DNA from: Camelus dromedarius
Lineage: Eukaryota
Length of the DNA: 64,000 nucleotides
NCBI RefSeq assembly: GCF_036321535.1
Contig: NC_087437.1
Location: 120,468,001 to 120,532,000 of the forward strand
Direction of reading: 5' to 3'
Of this stretch, positions 1-11,529 are shown one piece after another. Within the stretch, counting starts at the first letter, position 1. Every line of letters begins with the position of its first letter. The notes under the pieces were generated by a model. The model was not told the origin of the DNA. It saw nothing but the letters and a program-made list of their open reading frames with translations, and searched no databases. The translations under genes were made by a program, and so were the position numbers.

Positions 1-1263
1 ATGCACAGAGGATGACTAACTGCTCTCAGAAAGTTGCTGACGGAGCACGAGGTCAGAACTAGGGAGATCAAGAAGCCAGTGACCTGGAGCTTATCTGGCA
101 GGGTCCCAACAGGAAACAAAGCAAACTAGATGTTCACTTTATGAGAAGGGCTACTTACAGAAGAGACAGCAAGGGGTAAGAAACCCAAGAAGGGATGGAA
201 AGGCACCCAGGACTAGCAGCACCCTCTGGCTGAAAGAACGAGGGAAGAAAAAGGTTGCTGGAGCCCAGTGAGAGCTGGGACTGCAGAGAAGGCCCCTGAG
301 CAGGAGGCACAGTGGAAATAGCAGGAGGAAACATCCCAACCGTTTTCTGCCCACTGATGCCTTCCACTGGTGAGCCCTACCGGCAGCCAGCAAGGAAGCA
401 AGAGGCATGCAGTCCGCAGCAGTCCACCTCCCCGCACACCACGGGTCAGGGGAGAGTGGATCTGAGGATTCAAAAGAGAGAATAAACAGGCAGGGCACAT
501 GGTAGCCATGAGCATTCCCCCTTCTAACTGGATATGGCTGCCGCCTTGACCGGATACATCTCCTCAAACCAGAAACTCAAGATACGTCCTTGTCTAGTGC
601 TAAAGACGTGAACCGGCCCCCCAAGATACATCTCCTCTAGAGGCTACGCAGTGATGGCTAGCAGTCAAAAGCAACGTGGGAAGTGAACCTTAACCACTGC
701 AGGCTGTGTAACTGTAACACACCCTCCATCAGACAAGTGCTGTGTCAATCCCGAAACCACTCCAAGAGCTTCTGCAGGCTGACACCTGACACCATAGCCA
801 AGCTCAAATCTCAGCATCCACACGGACAAGCCCTAGTGAGCCTGAAATCAAACCAGCGCTAGAAACTGGCCCGCTCCTCAGCCCAGAGAAACACCGGAGT
901 CCATGCAAGGCTGCCTCGTGGCAAGACCCCTGACTTACACAGACAAGGGCTTAATTCTTAGAATAGAGCTTTTAAGCTATAAATTTCCTGCCGAGGAAGA
1001 AAGGAGGAGAAAGAAAAGCTGGTTAACAGATACTCAGAAAGCTGGCAACCCTTCCTCCAACACAAACTTACACATCCAAGTTACTCATCTGTGGGCATCT
1101 CCTTTACTTATGTCTTATCTGACTCTCCCAAACGTAATTACAAAGACTGTAATGGTATCTTAAAGTTTACTTATAATCACTTCATGGTTATTTACATAAA
1201 GTAAATCTGCTCAAACAGATTGCTGTCACCATCAATGACTGCTAAAGATGAAGTAAGACTCAC

Positions 1264-1414
1264 TTTTTTCTACAGTCTTTAATTTCTGGAAGCTTTCCAG
1301 TACTTCCCCGTTTAGTATTCTGGGTAAGAAGTCCCGGATTTGCATCACTTCAGTTGTCAGACGTTCCAGGTCGTACTTTCTGACTTTAACAAATTCTTCT
1401 TTAGTTCCCATGTG
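1264..1414 (-). CDS. HSF2BP: HSF2BP (MEILB2) second coding exon, 151 nt; gene continues beyond the window start
   Basis: Minus strand ttttag|CAC ATG GGA ACT AAA... translates HMGTKEEFVKVRKYDLERLTTEVMQIRDFLPRILNGEVLESFQKLKTVEK, matching the HSF2BP N-terminal coiled coil; ends A|GTGAGT. Confidence 0.95.
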
Positions 1415-2225
1415 CTAAAAGGACAAGCAGATCTTAAGATTATTACACTTCCCTTCAGATGACTGAAATTAGCAGCCCAAGTCAGCTGGCTTCCTTTTCT
1501 TTAAGGCCTCTTTTTTTTGTGTGTGCTCATTAATTGTCTCTAAAACATGTGCCCTCTGCTATGCATATTATATCCTGAGAGCTGAAGCTCCAGCCTTCAA
1601 ATTGCGAGCCAATTTTTTCTAAGTACAAACGAGGCCCTATTCCTAAAAGCCAAAGAAAATGCCAGCAATATTTTCTTAACATTCCAGAGCCAAGCTAATC
1701 AGGAGGAAAAGGAATTTTACTGGATTCCCAGTGGGAGCGCCAGCCCTTTGCGGGCCACCTGACTTCGTATTCCCCACGACCCTCAAGGCTGTCCGGGTCA
1801 GGAACCAGGGCACAGCGGGGCGAGGAGACTCACAGTAACACCAGTACCAGGGGCACACCAGGATCTGAATCCAGGTGTGGCTCCCAAGTCCAGCTCCTGC
1901 TCCGGCATCCCGTGCAGCGGCTGCAGCAGCCGGGCACCGCGATGCCGAACCAGCGTTAGGGCCTCGAGGGCGGCCCGGGCCCAGGGTGGCACAGGAGCTC
2001 GCCCACCGCCCCACCACGCGGCCTCCTGGACCTGCACCCGCGGTTTCTGAGGCGAGGGTCGCCACCCCCCCACTGCCGGCCCGGGCCACGCTGTCCACGG
2101 ACGGGGCCCAAGGCCTTCCCGAGCGCACTGGGCGAGGCCCAGGCGGGCTGCGGTGCGACACGGCACAGGCGAGTGGACGGCGACAGCTCGGACCCACGGG
2201 CGGCGACCCCGGCCCCCGTACTGAC

Positions 2226-2261
2226 CCGGTAGGCCTCCTCAGGGGCGCCCGCCTCGCCCAT
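2226..2261 (-). CDS. HSF2BP: HSF2BP first coding segment (start codon), 36 nt
   Basis: gccATGG Kozak; MGEAGAPEEAYR then donor CGG|GTCAGT; joins in frame to the 1414 exon. Probable acceptor for this exon is ctttgcag| at 2484/2483. Confidence 0.93.
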
Positions 2262-3187
2262 GGCCGTCGCGGCCTCGGCTCTGTGCGCCTGCGCGGCGGC
2301 GCGCCCTCTGACCCCTCACGCCAGAAAGCGTGGGAAGTGTCCACGCCGGGGCTCGGGTACAGAGAGCCGCGAGGCTCAGACCGCGTAGCTTTTTTGCAGC
2401 ATTCTTGGCCCCAAGGACAAGGGGTGGGTCTGCGGGATCCCGCGTTGGCTCTTCTGGCTTAGCCGGGTTTGTAAACCTGTTAACTGCAAAGTATAAGGAC
2501 AGTGAGACCCACGTTTGAATGTCTGGTAGAATAAATCGAATCGGCCCTTTCCGGTTTGGCGAGGTATGTTAGACGAAGGGGCGACACATTCTAGTGAACG
2601 GACAGCGGGGGGGCCCGCTCCCGCGCTCAGCTCCAAGCTCCATCAGCAAAGGTCGAAGCTTTCTGACAACAGGCTGCTCCGGAGGTCTGCGTGCAGTGGG
2701 AGCCTTAGTCCAGCCCGCTGGTAAGGAACTGAGATGACCGCCATGAGCTCGGAGACACCACCTGGTCCATTCACTTGCCCCAATACGCCCAATGAGCTCG
2801 CAAACTACGGTGCAGCCTGTGGGTTCAAATGTACGGGTTACCGTACACGTAAAACTTCGTCTGTCTGAAACCGGCCGCAAGCTGCCCCTGCCCGAGTCTC
2901 CGGAGCACACGCTCCAAATCCTCGCCCCTGCCCCGGCCCAGGACCCAGACCTGGGCCCTCGATGGTGCTGCCCGAGGCATCCCGCCAAAAAACCCAGGCC
3001 GGCCCGTCTTCCCAGCTTCCACCCGGCGCAGGCGGCCTCAGGAGCTCAACACGATCGAAGACAGCTCCGCGTATTTGGCGGAACAGCAGCCGATCAGAGG
3101 GGAATTTTGCGGAGTGGGCGTAAAGATTCTAGACCACTTAAAACTGGCTGCCCGCCTCTTCTTGGCCAACACTCAACGCTGGCTAAC

Positions 3188-3290
3188 CTCGCCGTCAACA
3201 GCCCCGAGCTTTGGCGCCCGAGAGACAGCGCAGGCGGGGAGGCGCGACGCCAACGCCGGCTGGGATGCTCCGCCGACTGCCGGGCCGGGC
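3188..3290 (-). other. HSF2BP: Tentative HSF2BP non-coding first exon
   Basis: Minus-strand donor-like GAG|GTTAGC at 3188/3187 close to the RRP1B start; 5' boundary is a guess. Confidence 0.35.
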
Positions 3291-3442
3291 GCGCTCGCTC
3301 CCAGAACGCCCTGCGAGCGGCGGCACCTTTGTGACGCCATCAGCTGGCGCGCCGCCGCCTTCTGCGCAGTCGCGGCCCGGGCTGTACAGCGGCGGGCGCT
3401 CGGCGGCGGCTGGCTGCGGCCGGGGATGCCCCAACAGGCGAG

Positions 3443-3572
3443 ATGGCCCCCGCCATGCAGCCGGCCGAGATCCAGTTCGCTCAGCGGCTGGCGTCCCACG
3501 AGAAGGGCATCCGGGACCGGGCGGTGAAGAAGCTGCGCCAGTACATCAGCGTGAAGACGCAAAGGGAGACAG
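3443..3572 (+). CDS. RRP1B: RRP1B exon 1 (130 nt coding)
   Basis: MAPAMQPAEIQFAQRLASHEKGIRDRAVKKLRQYISVKTQRET; donor CAG|GTGGGC. Confidence 0.96.
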
Positions 3573-3929
3573 GTGGGCGCCTGGCGGTCCGCCGCGCACG
3601 TGGCGGCCGGGCCCGGGGGGCCCAGGGTGGGCGGGGACGCGGGGTCGGGGGTGGGGAGCCGGGCAGAGGGTGTGGGGAGGGGGCCAGCCCAAGGGAGCCG
3701 CGGGCGGGGCGGGGAGAGCGTGGGGCACTGACTCGCGCCCCTATCGTGTGCTTCTGCGTGTCCGCTCCCTGCTGCGTGTCGTCCGGTTCTTCGGTTGAGA
3801 GACAGCCGCCGGCAGTGTTAGGTGGCGTGCTGAAAGTCGCGGTGAGTAGGGAAGCGGAGAATAGGCCCAGTCTGTCGTACCCCGAGCCTGCACGTGGGAT
3901 CCCTGGGCTTAGCCTGGTTTATTCTGGTG

Positions 3930-4300
3930 CTCTCTTCACTGAGTTACTCCTTCCTCTGACCAACACCTTAAGGTGCATGGGTTACAAGAGAGAAGATAGA
4001 ATCGCTACTCTCGAGGAACTTGTCTCAGTAAATCTAGGGAGGAATATTAAAAGGAAATGAAAACCGAGGAAAGAAGGAGCGGCTCGACATCGGCTGTTCC
4101 AGGGAGGCCTCTCCAGGGCGGCATTCGGCAGATCTGAACCCAGGCGGGCGGGAAGAGCTGGAAGATCAGTAAGGGAGAGGGCGACGATGTTGGACGTGAA
4201 GTTGGAAAAGTAGGCAGTGGCCAGGTCGCACAAGGCTTTGTAGTATGGGTTCTGACTGCATTGGGGTGCCGTTGAAGGATTCCATTTACCTGATTCAAAA
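3930..4300 (-). mobile_element. Old L2-like LINE fragment
   Basis: Degenerate resemblance to the L2 3' region; by-eye only. Confidence 0.4.
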
Positions 4301-4569
4301 TACAATCTGTAAACCCTGGAGGGTATGAACTCCAGTGTGAAATGGAGTTTTTTATTGCACTAAGATAAAGTCTGATTTATTTCTCGCTAGTACTAATACC
4401 TGGAGTCTACTTGAAAGAATTTATGTTTCCCCCTGTACTGACGCTCTTAGTTTTATTTTGAAGAGAAATCACAAAAGACTACACAGGAAAAAGAAAGTAC
4501 AACTTCGTGGGAAGTCTGCTAGGAGGAGTGAAGCCAAACTTCCTGACTTGAATTCTATTAGGCGTCACC

Positions 4570-5400
4570 CTGACAGGTTTAATTTACTCTCATCCCCTAT
4601 ATGCTAGAGGTTCCTGAACCTAACTTTCTAAGCCATACCTTTACTACTTTCAGCTTAGATAATGCCCTCCTCACCTGGCATCTCCACCTGGATGTCCTCA
4701 GACTCCATGCCCAAAATGACTCATTTTCTTCCCCCCACAACCTCGTGTCCTGGTGGTGCTCTGCTGCCTGTGCTCATTCATTTGGGCGCTAGGTCCCATC
4801 ACCCCGCAGACTCTAGCTGGACACATGATGTTGTCCTGGACTCCTCCTCCTCATCCTCTCCCCTAGCCCTGCATCCAGTATCCTTTGGTTCTACCTGTTT
4901 CTTTCCCTGAGTTACTCTGCCCTCACCGGAGGCACCCTTCATCTGCTCTAGATTTCTGTACCTGCTTACTACCTAACTGATCTCATCTCCCTTTGTGCCC
5001 CCTTGAACTTGTGCTCCATGAATAAGTCTGGGCTCATCTTCCTGAAGCAGTTCCATCAGGTCACTGTTTTCCTGGAATTCCAGGTCTGTAGATCGTGATC
5101 TGTCCCCCCTGCCTTTCTCTCTCCATCTCAGCCCCGGTATGACAGCTCCACACTGGTTCCTGGTGCACAGTGCGCCAGCTCTCACCTCTCTGCCTTCACT
5201 TCCCGTGTTTACTGAAAAGATTCCCAGCTGGATCCAATCCCAGTATTCGCTTCAGCATCACTCGCTCCCAAATGCCTTCCCTCCTGTCTCACCCCATTCC
5301 TCTAGGATTCTGAAATACCCAGTGTGTCTCTGTTGTGGCCCTTAGCTACACTGCTTCTTAGTTATCAGCTGATGTATCATTCTTCACCCAAAACAATGTA
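4570..5400 (+). mobile_element. Old L2-like LINE fragment
   Basis: Pyrimidine-rich catctccacctggatgtcctcag...cccaaaatgactc, typical of L2. Confidence 0.45.
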
Positions 5401-6044
5401 AGCTTCCATCTGTTCTCTTAGCTGGAAACGGGAGCACATCCAGACGGACGATGCCGGCCTGTACACGCCGAGAAAGAGAAAACACCAGACGCACTACGCA
5501 CGGGGCTCAGCCGGCCGGACAGAGCCTGCTGTGCGGGGCCCTTGGGGGAAGAGGCACAGCGTGTCAAGTGCTGAGGGGCAGGGGGCCCACGGGGTTGCAC
5601 CAGGGCCCAGGGTGCTGGCTGCTTCATGCCGCCACACCTACGTCTTGTTCCCCATCACGTCCGCCTTGCAGGGAGTGCAGGGGCCTTCAGAAAAGCAAGT
5701 GTAGAGTGAGTGTCACGGACGGCGCTGATGGCATAGTGCAGACAGGACTTCTACCCCGCCGTGCTCGTCAGAACAGAAACACAGATTGGGGAATAACTTG
5801 CCTGACCATGGCATCTCATTGACAGGCTCAGATGTCTGTGTGACTTGTCTCAGGCATGGTAAAGGCAGGCTGAAATTGTACTCACTGTCCGATAGCAATG
5901 TAGATAGTGTGATTTTAAAAGCAAATTGAAAACTTTGTAGAACTAAAAGCAACTAAATGTTGCTCTGCTGCTTTGAGTGTTCGTGTTGATCCTTTACCTT
6001 CGTAGAATAAAACCGTGGGTTTACTCGGAAGGGCCCACTTGTCC

Positions 6045-6165
6045 CTGTTCATTCACTCGTGTGCTGAGCACACACGCGGAGCACCTACTGTGTGCTGGGA
6101 TTTTGCACGCCACTCTTGGGATTGGGAACAGAGCAGTGAGCAAAACATACAAAAGTCTCTGCCTG
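6045..6165 (-). mobile_element. L2 3' end
   Basis: ttcattcactc...gagcacctactgtgtgctggg...gaacagagcagtgagcaaaac. Confidence 0.55.
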
Positions 6166-7565
6166 TTTTGTCCATTCTGCAACCTTAAACATTTAACATC
6201 TGCTAAAATTGGGGTAAATTTTTAAATCATCCTTGTGACTTTTGTTTGCACTCTTGCTTTCTTCTGGTGGCACGTGAAATAAACAGTCACATAGCTGATG
6301 GTGTCGTAGATTCAATGATGCGAGGGAGGAAGCGAGTTTCTTCATACAGACAGGGTTTGGGGTCTCGACCCAGTAGTTGGAATAACTGGGAGCTGTTGCT
6401 GTTTCGTCACAGGTGTGGGTTGGGTCTAACACTTTACGTCTCACCTAAAACGGCTCCTGGGCTGTTTTGTGATGAGAGAGGCTATTGGACTTTTCTCATC
6501 TCATGGTTTGTTAGTATTTACTGTTTCCACATCTCACCTTCATGGTAACCTCATTTGTTTTGAAATAACTGAATCTATATTGCTGTAGAAACTTGGTTGT
6601 GTTGAGTTTAAGAAACTCAACCTCAAGAAGAAAAGATAAAAGGCAGTCGTGGAACAGGACTGCCTCGGCTCTAGAGGTCTTCACCTTCAGGGTTCGGAAA
6701 GAAACCAGAAAATGTGCATTTCTCTGTTTTGCTTTAAACGCTTCAACGATGGGTACCTAGATTTTACCAGCTAAATTCGTGGGTGAAAACAAGTGGTTTT
6801 TATACATATATTGAAAATAGCTGTTTTTAAAGAGAAAAGCGCTTCCCTGATCTTGGGGAGGGAACAGGAGGTGATCACACCATAGCCGCCAGCTGAGCAG
6901 CGCTTTGCGCTTACAAAGCACGTCTCACCCCTGCTCGTACTTTGGACCTTAACTGTGGACCCTGCGTGCGTCACAGGTGAGGAGACTGAGGCTCAAGGGG
7001 TAGTTGGCGGACCTCTAGTAGTGCACAGCTGGTGACAGCAGACTGGGGCCTAACCAGCACTTTGTTTCCACTCTGCTTTTTTGTTTCACATAGGGTGAAA
7101 CAAAGTATTTCCATGTCCAGCTCCCTTCTGGCCCGCTGTCCAGGATCTGCTCTCCCCGTTACTTTGTCAAAATCGACTTGTTTTCTCTCGCAAAGGCCCC
7201 TGCAGCGCGTCACTCCGTGCCCTTGCCCGTCACAGGCGTGGGCTCTCCCGAGGCACGTGGGTAGCTCGCGGTATCGCTTGACGTGCTGCCGCACTTGCAG
7301 GAACATCTGCAGATGAATATTCACTGTGCTCTTTTTAAGTGAAAAGGTCAGAATACAGAATATGTCAGAATGCAGTGTACTGAGGCTGTGCACACACCAC
7401 TGCGCGTTTCTGTATCACGTGTGAGTGTTGCGGACACGCGCTGGAAAGGTGCACACCAGGCGGGAGCAGTGGTTCTGGTGGGGGGACTGGGGTTTGGGGT
7501 GGTGAATAAGGCGCTCTCCGTTGTACCCTCTGATACAGTATGTGAATTGCATGGTTTTTATTACA

Positions 7566-8808
7566 TCTTTATTTTCTTTTTTTAACTGAAGTATAGTTCA
7601 CAGTGTTCTGTTGGTTTCTGGTGCGCAGCAGCACGTTTCAGTCATACGTATACATATATATGTTCCTTTTCAGATTCTTCTTCATTGCAGGTTACTGCAA
7701 GATACTGAATATAGGTCCCTGTGCTACATGGTGGAAACTTGTCATTTATCTCTTTTATATGTACTAGTTAGTATCTGCAAATCTCCAACTCCCAACTTAA
7801 CCCCTTCCCACCCCCTCTCCCCTCTGGTAACCATGAGTTTATTTTCTGTGTCTGTGAGTCTCTGTTTTGTAAATAAGTTCATTTGTGTCTTTTTTTAGAT
7901 GTCATATATAAGGGATATATGGTATTTTTCTTTCTCTTTCTGGCTTACTTCACTTAGAATGATGATCTCTAGGTCCATCCATGTTGCTGCAAATGGCATT
8001 ATTTCGTTCCTTTTTATGGCTGAGTAGTGTTCCATTATATAAATATACTATGTCTTCTTTATCCAGTCATCTGTTGATGGACATTTAGGTTGTTTATTGA
8101 CCATTGTAAGTAGTGCTGCTATGAACACCGAGGTTCGTGTTATCTTTTTTGAATTAAGAGTTCCCTCCAGATATATGCCCAGGAGTGGGATTGCTGGCTC
8201 ACAGGGTAAGTCTGTTTTTAGTTTTTTGAGGAATCTCCATACTGTTTTCCACAGTGGCTGCACCAAACTACATCCCCACCAGCAGTGTGGGAGGGCTCCC
8301 TGTCCTCCACACCCTCTCCAGCGTTTCTTGTCTGTGGACTCTTTAATGACGGCCATTCTGACAGATACGAGGTGATGCCTGCACTTCTCTGATAATTAGC
8401 GACATTGAGCGTTTTTTCATATGCCTATTGGTCGTTCATATGTCTTCACCGGAGAATTGCTTGTTTAGGTCTTCTGCCCATTTTCGGATTGGGATTGGGT
8501 TGTTTTTTTCTTATTAAATTGTATGAGCTGTTCATATGTTCTGGAAATTAAGCCCTTGTCAGTCTCATCTTTTGCAAATATTTTCTCCCATTCTGTAGGT
8601 TGTCTTTGTTTTGCTTCTGGTTTCCTTTGCTGTGCAGAAGCTTGTAAGTTTAACTAAGTCCCATTTGTTAATTTTTGCTTCATTTCTATTACCTGGGTAG
8701 ACTACCCTAGGAGAACATTGCTAAGATTTATGTCAGAGAATGTTTTGCCTATGTTTTCTTCTCAGAGGTTTATAGTGTCTTGTCTTACGTTTAACTCTTT
8801 AAGCCATA
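7566..8808 (-). mobile_element. 5'-truncated L1 (ORF2 C-terminus plus 3'UTR), antisense in RRP1B intron 1
   Basis: Poly-T tail at left; ORF 8048..8356 reads [33 protein letters not shown], the L1 ORF2 C-terminal motif. Confidence 0.93.
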
Positions 8809-9329
8809 AAAATATATTCTTATTGGTTGGGACTCTTTTGCAGTTGGAACTTGACAGAACATCCAAGCCACACTAGTTTTCAGGGAAAAAAAAAACAAAT
8901 GCAGGAGCTCCACCAATGGCACCGGACCCTAGCTTTTCTCCATAGCACACTCTGCTCCCCCAGATTGGTTCCGTTTGCTGTCAGGCTGCCCAGCACTTAA
9001 CAGGGTGACTGAGCACAGGTGCAGGCTGTGTCTTCTCTCCAAGTCTCCTGGGAGAGATCTTGGGTCCTTCCTAAGGCCTGAGGAGGAGGATCTGACCTGC
9101 AGTGGGGTGACCCATGCTGCTCTGGTGTGAGCGCGGCTGGCTGCTTCCCTCCATGTAAGTGAGCCCTCCCAGCCCACTGCCTCCCTCCCAGGCCCGGCCT
9201 TGAAGGTGTCAGCCCTGGAGGGGACAGCAGTGTAGCTGCTTGGCAAACACGGAACGCCCAGGACCGGGCCTCCTGCAGGAACTAGTGTCTTTTAAATCCT
9301 GTTTGCTTCCAAGTTCATCAGTGTTCGTG

Positions 9330-10120
9330 CTTTTCCGGTTTCATTATAAAAAATTTTCTGAACAATAAAAAGAAGAAAGCAACCCATGATAAAATTTTCG
9401 TAGTCTCATGCAGTCCTTTTTTCTTCTTTGTGTTAAGGAATATTTCAAATACACAAAGAGTGCACTCACACATCGGTTGGCCCCTTTCTGCTTCTCCTAG
9501 ATTTTTGGGAAGCAAATCCGTGGCATCTCATGTCATCTCCCGAGGCCTCAGGATGTATCCTGAAAAGATACAGGCTGTTTTCAACATAACCACAGGACTG
9601 TTGTCACATCTTTTAAATTTTTTTCCAATCTATTGAGTTTTTCCCATCATCTCATAAATTATTCATGAAATCAGAATCAGATGAGACCTACCCATTACAT
9701 TTGGTTGGTATGACTGCTAAGACTCTTAAATTCTGACAGTTCTCACCCAGCTTCTTTTTCTTTGCAAGGTGTCTGTCCTGTAGTTTCCGACATTGGGGGT
9801 TTTGCTGACGGCGTCCACGGCCTCATTTGACATGTCCTTCTGTCCCCTGTGCTCCCTGCAGACTGATGTTAGAAGTTGAATTTGCAGCGGTGTCGCTTAG
9901 CTTGTCTGTTTCTGTAGGAATAGTCAGCAGGTGGTGCCGTGTTCCTCCTGTCCCATCACTTGTGGCATGTAATGCGTAGTTGTTGCCTGCGCGAGTTAAC
10001 ATGGATCAGTGAGTTTGGTGTTGTGAGCCTGATGTATCCATTTCAAAGTTCCTCCATGTTTTTTCATCTGATGTTTTAGCAGACATTGACCATCCTTGCC
10101 CAGATCCACGAATTCATTAG
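9330..10120 (-). mobile_element. Ancient L1M-type 3' fragment
   Basis: T-rich degenerate L1M-like text (gaatatttcaaatacacaaagagt, cattacatttggttggtatg). Confidence 0.45.
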
Positions 10121-11446
10121 TCTTAACAGGGCTGAATATGAACCCAGGTCACCATGACCAAGTTACTGCCCTTGCAACAGCAATTGGCTCGGCTCTGGTG
10201 GGACCGAAGACTCACAGCATAGTTGTGTGTCTGCGGGAAGATCCCAGTGTGGCTTCTTTGTAACAACTGGGGAGGGAATCCAGTGGGAGTATTGTTTGCC
10301 CAACCCCTAAAGGAAATGCACTTTAATAAACTAATTACACTGTAGTTTATGGTGTGTTGGTTTTAAGTTAGAGACTATCACAAAGAATCAAAACGCACCA
10401 TAATGACACCGTTGGCAGAAGGGTCTTTAGTAACTTGGAAGTCAGTATAATGCTCTAACGCTTATGGCAAGTGCACTAAGTAAACTTCATTCTGTCAAAA
10501 GGGGTCCATTTGTCACTTTTTAATTTAATTATCTTTTGGACTATTGAAATCCCATTGTTTCCAAATACCGGCTTGTTTACACTCACCTAAGTTATCCTTG
10601 GCTACACCAGAAGACTTTTCCTAGTACCTTCTGAGTGAAATCTTCATGAAGACCATTTGTATCATCCATCAGGGCTTGAGGATTCTGTTTGTTCTCCAAA
10701 GGCTTGGAAACTCCCAAGAGTGTGCACTTACCTGATTTTGTGATTCCTTATGTTACTCCGCAATTGTTGCAGGACACCTGGGGTCGACCCAGGAGGCAAG
10801 AGTCTGTGTGCAGCTTGTGGTTAGGTGGTAAAGGGCTCGAATAGTGAGTGGGAGTAAGACTGACCAAAGTGATGCCACTTAAAACAAGACTGTGCTTGCC
10901 CAGTAGATGAAAACCGTGACCGGCAGAGAGAGAGGTCGGGGTACAGCCATGTTTGACCTCATAGCAGGATCCTTAAAAGGGTCATCTTTGCAACAACAAC
11001 AAAAAAAAGATCCCAAAGCTTTCCACTTCCCCTGGGGCCAGTTGTGTGGGACCTGAGCAAGTCCTTCGTCTTCCGTGGATTTGCAATTTTACTTTGCAAG
11101 ACCAATAGAGATGTTGGTGTGCAGGGTGAGGCGCTAGTTTTAAGTAGGGAGGGGAACTTGTTTTATAAGTGACCACTCTGTCGGTTAACATTTTTGTCGT
11201 GGTGGCATTTGTTTCCATGCATTACACAGATGAGGACATGCCACCACCACCCCCGCCCCACAGCTGATAAACCACTTAACTTATACGTGTTTATTTGGTG
11301 ACAACAAAACGAATGCTTCGAATTAAAAAAAAAAGACATTTGTGAAGGAAAATGTATGTGGTGTCCCTTTCGCTGCTTGTGTGGCAGTTCTAAGCTTAGG
11401 GAACGTGGAGACTAAAATGCGGTCTTTGTGCTGTTTTGCTTTCTAG

Positions 11447-11529
11447 GGGGTTTCAGCCAAGAAGAACTTCTGAAAATATGGAAAGGGCTCTTCTACTGCA
11501 TGTGGGTGCAGGACGAACCCCTTCTGCAG
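11447..11529 (+). CDS. RRP1B: RRP1B exon 2 (83 nt)
   Basis: ttctag|...GFSQEELLKIWKGLFYCMWVQDEPLLQ|GTAACA; Nop52 signature WKGLFYCMW. Confidence 0.96.

Larger units (their letters stand above)
1730..3900. promoter_or_regulatory. CpG island; bidirectional promoter of HSF2BP and RRP1B
   Basis: Very high GC and CpG density; divergent start codons at 2261(-) and 3443(+); E2F-type TTTGGCGC 3210-3217 and TTTGGCGG 3074-3081; NRF1-type TGCGCCTGCGC 2284-2294. Confidence 0.9.

Noticed and set aside
1..1000. ORFs 151..567 etc. and short recurring gatacatctcctc motifs
   Set aside because: Lies in an HSF2BP intron with no protein resemblance; may be an old repeat, but I cannot assign a family.
1676..3798. 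Many long Arg/Pro/Gly-rich ORFs on both strands
   Set aside because: Stop-codon scarcity in a CpG island; only the HSF2BP and RRP1B segments have homology and splice sites.
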